64,000 bases of DNA from Candidatus Latescibacterota bacterium. Its GTDB lineage: Bacteria; Latescibacterota; UBA2968. The notes below the pieces were generated by a model. The model was given only the letters and a program-made list of their open reading frames with translations, made no database searches and was not told where the DNA came from. The stretch is from assembly GCA_965204375.1 (NCBI GenBank), contig OZ241986.1, positions 1,312,001-1,376,000 on the forward strand, in the 5' to 3' direction. Shown here in pieces: positions 1 to 7,349 of this stretch; within the stretch, counting starts at the first letter, position 1, and each line of letters starts with the position of its first letter. Both the position numbers and the translations under genes were made by a program.

Positions 1-1191
1 CAGACGGCAATGGGGATCGATGCGTATTGCAAACCGTATTTTGCACGCGCTGGCGATTATCCGATGTATTTTCAGCCCCCCGGTACGCGAGGGGGTGGCG
101 TGGGCGATTTGACGACGACGAGGACGTCGGATCAGAATTGCGATTTGATGCGCACGCTGGCGGCTCAGGCGCGCAATCCATACTGGCAGTGGTATGTGGA
201 TATGCATCCGCAGAAAGAGAAAGGGGATACGAGAGAGCGTCGGTTGGATGCCGTGGGTGCCGGTCGGTCGCTCTATATCGATTTTGTGCGGGGTGCATTG
301 CCAGAAGTATGCGGGGAAGCGCCGGTGGATTTGCCTTCTTCAAAATGTTTTCGCGGCACGGGGTTGGTGGCGATGAATTCGGATTTGACTGATGGGAAAA
401 ACAATGTGTCGGTCATTTTTAAGAGCAGTCCATTGGGATCGCAGAGTCACGGTTTTGACGCGCAAAATTCGTTTTCGCTATTTGCTCTTGGCGAGCGTTT
501 GTTGATCCACACGGGCCAGCGCGATATTCACGGCAGCGACCACCACAAGAACTGGATGCACCATACGAAGTCGGTTAATTGCATTGGGGTAAATGGCGAG
601 AGTCAGTTGCGCAATCACGCTGCGGCTATGGGCGAAATTCTGGATTTTCAAACGTCGGATGTATTTGATTATGTTGCCGGCGAAGCCGCTCCGGCCTATG
701 GGGGAATGCTGAAGAAATTTACGCGGCAGATTTTGTTTGCCAAACCCGATGTGGTGGTGATTTGCGATACGGTAGTGGCACAAGAGGCTTCGACATTTCA
801 GTATTATTTACACGCTGAAACGGAAATGGATATCGAGGGCCAGACGCTAAAAATCACAACGGGTGATGCGGGCTGTGTGGTGTCTCTGCTGCGTCCAGAA
901 AATTTGAAAATCAGTCAGACCGATCAGTTTGATCCTCCGCCGCGAGAGCGCGTTCAGCTTACGGAGTATCACGTGACGGCAGAGACGGCGATACCGCGTG
1001 AAGAGGCTACGTTTATTGCGGTATTGAGACCGCATAAGGCTGGGGATGTGCCCGAAGGCGATCCGGGTGTGGTGGATGACGGAACTATAGTGGTGCCATT
1101 ACCCAATGGCGAGTTGAAGGTCTGGATGGGAGAGACATTGCGCGCGGAGAAAAGAGATCAAAACGGTGTTGTGGTGGCAACTGTGTGTTGA
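1..1191 (+). CDS. Heparinase II/III-family (DUF4962-like) protein, 5' part outside window
   Basis: Frame open from the window edge; motifs FKSSPLGSQSHGFDAQNSF, HHTKSVNCIGVNG and FTRQILFAKPD typical of the Hepar_II_III C-terminal domain. Confidence 0.75.
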   Translation, partial: QTAMGIDAYCKPYFARAGDYPMYFQPPGTRGGGVGDLTTTRTSDQNCDLMRTLAAQARNPYWQWYVDMHPQKEKGDTRERRLDAVGAGRSLYIDFVRGALPEVCGEAPVDLPSSKCFRGTGLVAMNSDLTDGKNNVSVIFKSSPLGSQSHGFDAQNSFSLFALGERLLIHTGQRDIHGSDHHKNWMHHTKSVNCIGVNGESQLRNHAAAMGEILDFQTSDVFDYVAGEAAPAYGGMLKKFTRQILFAKPDVVVICDTVVAQEASTFQYYLHAETEMDIEGQTLKITTGDAGCVVSLLRPENLKISQTDQFDPPPRERVQLTEYHVTAETAIPREEATFIAVLRPHKAGDVPEGDPGVVDDGTIVVPLPNGELKVWMGETLRAEKRDQNGVVVATVC

Positions 1192-1212
1192 GTCTGGCTT
1201 TGCCGGAGGTGT

Positions 1213-2624
1213 TTGGAGATGGATGGCGATCAAACTGAGATGTTAGACGATATCCTGAAGATGATCCTGACGTATATCCAGTCTCAGGGTTATGACCGAG
1301 TACGGCTTTATCTCTATAACAAAGAGCGGGATGTGATGGAGGGGGCCTTCCAGGTGGGCATGGAACACGAGTTTCCGTTTTCCACCATCGTATATCCATT
1401 GAAAAGGGATCCCTACGCAAAACAGAGACTGGCCTCCAACCGCCCCTGGATCTATCGGGCCGGGAGGCCGGAATACGAGGTGGTTAGCCATCTCAATAGA
1501 GAAGCCGGTATCTTCTCCGACGCGACATCTCCTGAGCTGGAATGGGCCGAAATTCTCCTGAAGATTGTAGAGGGAGGCAGAGAAATTTTGATCGGGCAGA
1601 TCGGCCTGGACAACGAGTCCAGCAGGCGTCCTCTGGACCAGAAGCGACTGGACCGATTGATGGTGTACGCCTCCCATGCGGCCCTGGCTATCAGACATAC
1701 GCAACTCTACCATCGGATGGCTGAAGAGGTGCAGCACCGCACCTCAGAGCTAAATGAGCAAAACAGACAACAGGAGGCACTGCTGCATATCAATCAGGCC
1801 GTGCAGGAGATGAAGCGCGTCTCAGACCTTGGACAGATTGTTCGGGTCTGTTACAAGCATCTACGGGAACTGGAGTTGGATTTCCAGGCGATGGCGATCC
1901 ACCGGCTAATCGATGAAGAAACACAGACATTTGAGTCTTATGAGATCCAGCCTTCGGGAAAGTTCCACAGGCTGATGATGAAACGCGCCAACATCTACCG
2001 GATGTGGCTGGGTGGACAGACGGTTTATCGACGGGATCTGGAAGTGGACCCGGGCGGGATGACGGACGAGGCACTGACGGCGATCCACAGGCGCTACGGG
2101 ATTAGTCCCCGTTGCATCCTGGACATTCCACACACTCTGGGAACGGTCGCCCTTTTGAGTGTGCATCCGAACGCCTTTGCCGAATCCGAAAAGGCATTTC
2201 TGGAACGGGTTGCCAGCGTGTTGTCCATGGGCCTCGTGCGGGTGGCGGACTTGGAGCAGATTCGCAACTATCAGGTACAATTGCGGACTCTGGCATCTGA
2301 ATTGACGCTGGCCGAGGAGAAGGAACGGCGTCGCATAGCAAGAGATCTGCACGACGGGATCGGTCAGACTTTACTGGTTTCGAGGATGAAGCTGAGAGGA
2401 TCGAGGGCCCCGACATCTGCTCCTGAGCTTGTGAGGTCTATGGACGAAGCCCGTGAGTTTATCGATCAGGCGATTCAGAGCGTGCGATCGCTGACCTTTG
2501 AGCTCAGCCTTCCGATTCTTTACGAACTGGAGTTTGGCGCGGCGATGGAGTGGCTGGTTGAACAGATCCAGGAACAGCACGATGTTCAGATCGACTTAGA
2601 GGACGACGGGCAGTCTGAAAAAAT
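1213..2624 (+). pseudogene. GAF-domain sensor histidine kinase (HisKA_3), N-terminal part, interrupted by IS1595 element
   Basis: Two GAF-like segments and H-box EEKERRRIARDLHDGIGQ; frame breaks exactly at the TSD/TIR. Confidence 0.9.
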
Positions 2625-2648
2625 GGGGATTATGTAGAATAGTGTCCA
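2617..2648 (+). repeat. Left TSD (2617-2624) plus left TIR (2625-2648)
   Basis: gaaaaaat|ggggattatgtagaatagtgtcca read directly. Confidence 0.95.
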
Positions 2649-2661
2649 TAAGAAAAACGCC

Positions 2662-2886
2662 TTAATTGTCGCACTGTATTCCCAATTTGCTGACAATGCA
2701 GTTATAGCATTCTCGCGCTTTGAGTATGTCGTCAAAGATGAAGACTTTTTTCTCTCTCTCTGATTTGGGCGTGAAGTTGATAACAACCGATTCGCCATCC
2801 AATGTTATCTCGTCTAACTCATGAGAGTCAATGCGAAATACTTCTTCTTTTGTCTCGCTGATTTTCACACGTATCAAGTTTCCCAT
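2662..2886 (-). CDS. Small hypothetical passenger protein (74 aa)
   Basis: ATG 2886 with AGGAGA RBS; divergent from the transposase; pattern similar to the 4058-4306 product. Confidence 0.6.
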   Translation of the reverse strand: MGNLIRVKISETKEEVFRIDSHELDEITLDGESVVINFTPKSEREKKVFIFDDILKARECYNCIVSKLGIQCDN

Positions 2887-2933
2887 CGTTGTTTCTCCTG
2901 TAAAAAATACTGAACAAATGTATAGAAAATTGC

Positions 2934-2962
2934 TTGATTTCAAGGGTTTATAATGCTATCTT
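2934..2962 (+). promoter_or_regulatory. Putative sigma70 promoter of the transposase
   Basis: TTGATT-N17-TATCTT with a TGn extension, ~180 nt upstream of ATG 3145. Confidence 0.5.
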
Positions 2963-2998
2963 AATGGCAGATATAAACCCTTATTTTTGTAGGGGGAT

Positions 2999-3084
2999 AA
3001 AAAAAAGAAGGCTTGCGCTTTTGGGAGCGCAAGCCTCTAAGTGGAGAAACAGGCAAATCGTCGAACCTCCCGTATTCCTCGCAC
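2999..3084 (-). ncRNA. Putative ~85-nt antisense RNA to the transposase leader
   Basis: Minus-strand TTGTCT(3119-3114)-N17-TATCTT(3096-3091); perfect 11-bp hairpin 3009-3036 followed by a U-tract on the minus strand. Confidence 0.5.
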
Positions 3085-3144
3085 AATTCAAAGATAAGGT
3101 GTGTTGAGCCAAAAGACAACATCTTTTTTTTGTTGAGGTGTGCC

Positions 3145-4083
3145 ATGGCTACCAATGCACCAGGCATGCATTTCCGTAAGGGCATGTCTCTCATCCAGCT
3201 ATTCAAGATGTTCCCGGATGATGAGACAGCCGAGAAGTGGTTTATTCACACGCGCTGGCCGGATGGTATCGCTTGCCCGCGATGTGGATCCGTCAACGTT
3301 CAGGAAAAGGCGATACACCCAACAATGCCTCACCGATGCAGAGACTGTCGTAGATATTTCTCTGTCAAGAAAGGCACAATGATGGAATGTTCAAATGTAG
3401 GTTATCAAATATGGATAATCGCCATTTACCTCTGGACAACAAACCTGAAAGGTGTTTCGTCCATGCACCTGCACCGCGATGTAGATGTGACACAGAGAAC
3501 CGCATGGTTTCTTCTGCACCGGATCAGACACGCTATGACGCCTGAACAGGTCGAACTGTTTGACGGCACAGTAGAGGTCGATGAGACGTATGTCGGAGGG
3601 AAGGAAGGGAATAAGCACGCGAAAGACAAACTGCGCTTAGGGGGCACGGCGGGCAAAACGCCAGTCGTTGGTGCGAAGAATAGAGAAACCAAACAGGTGC
3701 AGGCAGAAGTGTTTGAGGATGTAGATGAAGATGCGATAAATCAGTTTATTGAGGATTGTGTTGAAAAAGGCGCGACCGTGTACACAGACGGGTCACACGT
3801 CTATAACGCTCTGGAGGGGTATGAACACGATAAAGTGATTCACTCACGCGGTGAATATGTGAGAGGAGATGTATCAACAAACGGGATCGAGTCTTTTTGG
3901 TCGATGATAAAACGCGCAATCATGGGGGTGTATCACAAAATCAGCAAAAAACACTTGGGGAAGTATGTCGCTGAGTTTGTGGCACGGCAAAATATGAGAC
4001 CGCGAGATACCATCGACCAAATGAAACTGATTGCGGAATGCTTTGAAGGGAAAAGGCTTAGGTATTGTGAGTTGGTTTCATAG
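3145..4083 (+). CDS. tnp: IS1595-family transposase (Zn ribbon + DDE)
   Basis: CPRCGS...CRDC zinc ribbon; VEVDETY, YTDG, NGIESFWSMIK and EFVARQN motifs; RBS GAGGTG before ATG 3145. Confidence 0.95.
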   Translation: MATNAPGMHFRKGMSLIQLFKMFPDDETAEKWFIHTRWPDGIACPRCGSVNVQEKAIHPTMPHRCRDCRRYFSVKKGTMMECSNVGYQIWIIAIYLWTTNLKGVSSMHLHRDVDVTQRTAWFLLHRIRHAMTPEQVELFDGTVEVDETYVGGKEGNKHAKDKLRLGGTAGKTPVVGAKNRETKQVQAEVFEDVDEDAINQFIEDCVEKGATVYTDGSHVYNALEGYEHDKVIHSRGEYVRGDVSTNGIESFWSMIKRAIMGVYHKISKKHLGKYVAEFVARQNMRPRDTIDQMKLIAECFEGKRLRYCELVS

Positions 4084-4306
4084 CATCAAAGTTAAAGCGA
4101 TGGGCAAGTTTCGTGAATTGGCGTTTGGCCTCTTCGAGTAAATCAAACTCAAAGTGTTCTTTTTCTCCATTTGGTGAATGAAACTCAATCTCAACAGGAA
4201 AGCCTTCCTTGTTCCAGTCTATATCAATGTGTATAGAGAACACATGATCAAGGTAAACTATCACGAATTTTCCATCTGAGTTTTCTCCGGAAATAAAATT
4301 TTCCAT
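4058..4306 (-). CDS. Small hypothetical passenger protein (82 aa)
   Basis: AGGAGG RBS; 3' end overlaps the transposase 3' end. Confidence 0.65.
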   Translation of the reverse strand: MENFISGENSDGKFVIVYLDHVFSIHIDIDWNKEGFPVEIEFHSPNGEKEHFEFDLLEEAKRQFTKLAHRFNFDAMKPTHNT

Positions 4307-4320
4307 GGCAAAAGCCTCCT

Positions 4321-4482
4321 TTAATTTATCCTTATCTCAATTTCTGGTTGTTGCACCCAATAGACCCATATTGGACTTGTAGATGCAGGGCCACCATGTC
4401 GATTTACCTGGTTAGAATTGTCTGGTTGCTTGTCCGGCGGATTTGAGTTGACGGGTATATCTAACTCTGATATTTTATTCAC
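4321..4482 (-). CDS. 53-aa Pro/Asn-rich peptide (not in ORF track)
   Basis: GTG start after AAGGAG; MNKISELDIPVNSNPPDKQPDNSNQ...; first 25 aa are 21/25 identical to the 7008-7268 product, with mostly synonymous differences. Confidence 0.6.
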   Translation of the reverse strand: MNKISELDIPVNSNPPDKQPDNSNQVNRHGGPASTSPIWVYWVQQPEIEIRIN

Positions 4483-4559
4483 GGCTTTTCTCCTTTTTTA
4501 CGGGGGAGGAAGGTGGTATTTTATTCATGAGGCCGTGTTTACCGCACGGCCTTTTTAAT

Positions 4560-4706
4560 TTACCTAAACAGGCTTGCAAGCGCAACCCCGAAAATGACGA
4601 GAAGAACACCACTCATAACAGCCATACGACGGTTGTGTATTTTCTCCTCGTGGTCCAGTTTTTGTTGCCACTGTTCTCGGTATTCTTTCCACTCCTCGTC
4701 TGTCAT
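4560..4706 (-). CDS. 48-aa charged-helix plus C-terminal TM peptide (not in ORF track)
   Basis: ATGA overlap with the protease stop; MTDEEWKEYREQWQQKLDHEEKIHNRRMAVMSGVLLVIFGVALASLFR. Confidence 0.6.
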   Translation of the reverse strand: MTDEEWKEYREQWQQKLDHEEKIHNRRMAVMSGVLLVIFGVALASLFR

Positions 4707-5653
4707 GGCGCACCGTCCACAACAATGTGTATATGCGTGTGGTCATGCACATGCTTGAAAACTGGTTGGCCGATTGCGGGCTTTGTCAATACCGGATGGG
4801 GCATCTGTGCTTTGTTGTAGTCCACTACATGTCCCAAATCGTGCAACATACCGAGCGTAACTTTGCTGATGACGCTTTGTGGGGCTACGTATGGTTGCAT
4901 TATATCCCACATCATTTCGGGATACTTCCAGTGTGTGGTCTCCATTTCCATTGGAATACGCAAATCAGGAATAGCGAAAGAAAGTTTTTCGCCCAAATGG
5001 TAAAGGACTTCTCTATACCCCTGGACGCCGTGTGCCCCACTGTAATACTTTACACTGGATACCACTTCCAAATATTCTTTGATATACACGTCAGAAAAGC
5101 CGAGTGCGTGTCCAATCTCGTGAAGGATTACTGCCCGTTTTTGTGCCTGTGTCAAAGTGTTCAGGTAGTCATACAGCCACACTTCAGCATAAAAGGGCAA
5201 CCCACCCATTGTCGGAGAACGGGCGACGGTAAGGTGCGTGGTCGCCACCGCGTTAGGATTTGTGGGCACTTTCCAAACAAACTTCACCAATAAATCATCC
5301 ACACGCGCCACTGGCGGAATGGCCGATATATGCGAATATGTAAAGGCCGGCATATCGGGCAACCCGCCTACAATCACGCCTTCCCACTGATCCCTCGCCC
5401 AAATTATGGCGTTGGATACTTCAAGCGGAAATGTACCCGGGTTGTCTAAATACACGCCAATATCAAAACGTTCTTGAGGAACAGGTACAGTCTGTGCTGA
5501 TTGCAAAGGCTCTGGCGTCTCATTCACCTGTACCTGTGTTGGCGCAGGCACTTTCGCACACGCCATGAGAACTGTGAGAATAAAACAAGTTGCCCCTAAT
5601 TGTAAAAGTGTGTAAATTGGACGCTTATTCCCGCCTGTGAGTATTGCACTCAT
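4703..5653 (-). CDS. Zinc metalloprotease, leishmanolysin (M8)-like, probable lipoprotein
   Basis: HEIGHALG, distal THW, Met-turn DIMQP, SKVTLGMLHDLG; hydrophobic signal ending LMAC. Confidence 0.75.
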   Translation of the reverse strand: MSAILTGGNKRPIYTLLQLGATCFILTVLMACAKVPAPTQVQVNETPEPLQSAQTVPVPQERFDIGVYLDNPGTFPLEVSNAIIWARDQWEGVIVGGLPDMPAFTYSHISAIPPVARVDDLLVKFVWKVPTNPNAVATTHLTVARSPTMGGLPFYAEVWLYDYLNTLTQAQKRAVILHEIGHALGFSDVYIKEYLEVVSSVKYYSGAHGVQGYREVLYHLGEKLSFAIPDLRIPMEMETTHWKYPEMMWDIMQPYVAPQSVISKVTLGMLHDLGHVVDYNKAQMPHPVLTKPAIGQPVFKHVHDHTHIHIVVDGAP

Positions 5654-5777
5654 AGAGAAACCCTCTCTGTGTGTGGTGATATTCCGGCGGATTGCCGTGT
5701 GCTGCTTCTCCCGGACTGCGACCAACAGGTAACGGGGACAGCACACGGCGCACCTTATAGGGGTGATAAAATGAAAA

Positions 5778-5984
5778 CTACTGACCGGATTCTTTTTTTA
5801 GCTCTTGAATGGCCCCAAGAACCCCATTTACCAAATCCATTGCGTCTTCCGGAGACACCCGATAGACATGAAAACCGGGAATTGTTTTTTGATCTAAGTC
5901 TTCCGATATGGCAATGTCCAGCATCTGCTTGTTGTGGACCAAATAAATCCTAAGTCCACCTTCTCCAACTGGTTCTTGTTGCAT
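5778..5984 (-). CDS. Small hypothetical protein (68 aa), first gene after RNA leader copy 1
   Basis: ATG 5984 preceded by GGAAGG; MQQEPVGEGGLRIYLVHNKQ... Confidence 0.55.
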   Translation of the reverse strand: MQQEPVGEGGLRIYLVHNKQMLDIAISEDLDQKTIPGFHVYRVSPEDAMDLVNGVLGAIQELKKESGQ

Positions 5985-6322
5985 AAAAATTATCCTTCCC
6001 CATAAAAAATTCCCGCAGTTATCTGGCGGTGGTGTTCCGCGCTCCGTTATGGAGCCGGGCAGAGATACCACCTCACGCAGACATACTGCGGGAAAAGTCC
6101 TACCTATTTGCCAAGATCGGGTAGCTAATCCGTTCTTTGTAGGTTGGCTATTCTATTCAGTAGGCTACCCGACGAAGCGGGTCTGCCGTAAGGTGGTATC
6201 AAAAAGAAAGCCCTGACGGTTCCATCAAACTGTTGATGAAGCGTCAGGGCTTCGAGTTTGTCCGTCAGGGCTAAAGCGATATTCGTAATGTAAGACAAAA
6301 TTATCAACAATCTGATGGATGC
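5985..6322 (-). ncRNA. Structured RNA leader, copy 1
   Basis: Leader 6303-6319 complementary to 6221-6237; hairpin 6209-6272 plus U-tract; closed multi-stem domain 6064-6200; G-U pairs work only on the minus strand; homologous to copy 2. Confidence 0.75.
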
Positions 6323-6326
6323 TGAT

Positions 6327-6354
6327 AATTTAACTTATCTAACCTGAGTGTCAA
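6327..6354 (-). promoter_or_regulatory. Putative sigma70 promoter, copy 1
   Basis: TTGACA-N16-TAAATT, positionally conserved with copy 2. Confidence 0.65.
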
Positions 6355-6377
6355 GATTTTTTGTATTTTATCTCCGG

Positions 6378-6397
6378 CACTATTCTACATAATCCCC
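6378..6397 (-). repeat. Internal third TIR (right-end orientation)
   Basis: cactattctacataatcccc, identical to the outer 20 bp of the right TIR. Confidence 0.9.
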
Positions 6398-6481
6398 TTC
6401 GATGGTCTGTGCAGACGCCATTGTTTTGTAAATATAGTCTTTTAATTCTTCTATTTCACGTTCAATATCGTATCTCTGCAT
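6398..6481 (-). pseudogene. 5' part of a small gene cut by the internal TIR
   Basis: MQRYDIEREIEELKDYIYKTMASAQTIE runs straight into the TIR (reads GDYVE* inside it); same position relative to RNA copy 2 as 5984 is to copy 1. Confidence 0.6.
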
Positions 6482-6838
6482 AAAAAAATCCGCAATAATC
6501 TGGTGAGTGGGTGCGACACCTTACATATTCGTGCAAGGTGTCGGGCAGAAGCACCACTTACGCAGACATACTGCGGAAACGTCCCTACTTATTCGTCCAG
6601 ACCGGGGAGCGACCCCAACCTTTTTGACAGACTATTGTATTGGGTAGGATACCCGACGAATCGGGCTGCCTAAGCGGTGCTATTTATTTTTCACACATAA
6701 AAAGCCCCGGCGGTTCCGTCAAACTGCTGATGAGGATTCAGAAAAAATCCTCACAGTTTGTCCGCCAGGGCTTTGTAAAAAAAGCGCATTCAAAATAGAG
6801 AAAAGATCAAACAAGCTTATCAGCAGTTTGACGGATGC
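6482..6838 (-). ncRNA. Structured RNA leader, copy 2
   Basis: Leader 6819-6835 perfectly complementary to 6715-6731; hairpin 6701-6774 plus U-tract; domain 6550-6681 with CCCGA-UUCG-UCGGG. Confidence 0.75.
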
Positions 6839-6842
6839 GTAT

Positions 6843-6870
6843 AATGTAACCTTTCAGAGATAGATGTCAA
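6843..6870 (-). promoter_or_regulatory. Putative sigma70 promoter, copy 2
   Basis: TTGACA-N16-TACATT. Confidence 0.65.
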
Positions 6871-7007
6871 GGTTTAATCCTCATAATACTCAAATTTTCG
6901 GTTGCCCATCACAGAGTAGTTTGGTAAATTAAAAGCCGTGCAGTGGAGAAAGCCACCACACGGCAATTGCGATTTTCACCCCAACCTTCCAAGAAAGGGG
7001 AAAAAGC

Positions 7008-7268
7008 GTGAACAAGATACCAGAACTGCATATACCAGTCAACCCAAATCCACCGGACAAACCGCCAGACAATTCTAACCAAGATGGGTATTTTTCATGT
7101 GTAAAAGAAAAGAAAGGGGGTGATCTCTCAATGAACAAAACAATACGCATCACGCTCATGATCGTGGTTGTCTTTGTCTGCACACTCTTTTGGACGAAAA
7201 CGATTGATAATCTCGAAGCAGGAGTTATCATCGGTAAATCCAAAATTGGCAAAGCTACACTGAGATAA
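7008..7268 (+). CDS. 86-aa protein: Pro/Asn-rich N-module plus TM segment; internal in-frame start at 7131 (45 aa)
   Basis: GTG after AAAGGGG; second RBS AAGGGGGTGAT before ATG 7131; hydrophobic ITLMIVVVFVCTLFW. Confidence 0.55.
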   Translation: MNKIPELHIPVNPNPPDKPPDNSNQDGYFSCVKEKKGGDLSMNKTIRITLMIVVVFVCTLFWTKTIDNLEAGVIIGKSKIGKATLR

Positions 7269-7317
7269 TCACACCCCTCTCCCCGTGTTGATCGACATTC
7301 CCGGCGTCAACACTATT

Positions 7318-7349
7318 TGGACACTATTCTACATAATCCCCGAAAAAAT
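7318..7349 (-). repeat. Right TIR (7318-7341) plus TSD (7342-7349)
   Basis: tggacactattctacataatcccc|gaaaaaat. Confidence 0.95.

Larger units (their letters stand above)
2625..7341 (+). mobile_element. IS1595-family (ISNwi1-group-like) transposon with passenger genes, 4717 bp
   Basis: Perfect 24-bp TIR ggggattatgtagaatagtgtcca (2625-2648 / 7318-7341); 8-bp TSD gaaaaaat (2617-2624 / 7342-7349); DDE transposase inside; ggnnatTAT ends and 8-bp DR match the ISNwi1 group. Confidence 0.95.

Noticed and set aside
6061-6075. AGGTGGTATC on the minus strand resembling a T-box
   Set aside because: Lacks UGGNACC, copy 2 reads AGTGGTGCT, the bases lie in the outer stem, and there is no amino-acid gene context
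6721-6760. CTGATGA plus stem on the plus strand, resembling a hammerhead core
   Set aside because: The stem is followed by TCAC rather than GAAA, copy 1 has TTGATGA, and G-U pairs indicate the minus strand
7285-7349. ORF-track start for a stand-alone HATPase protein
   Set aside because: These codons are the transposon end and TSD; the coding part belongs to the split kinase
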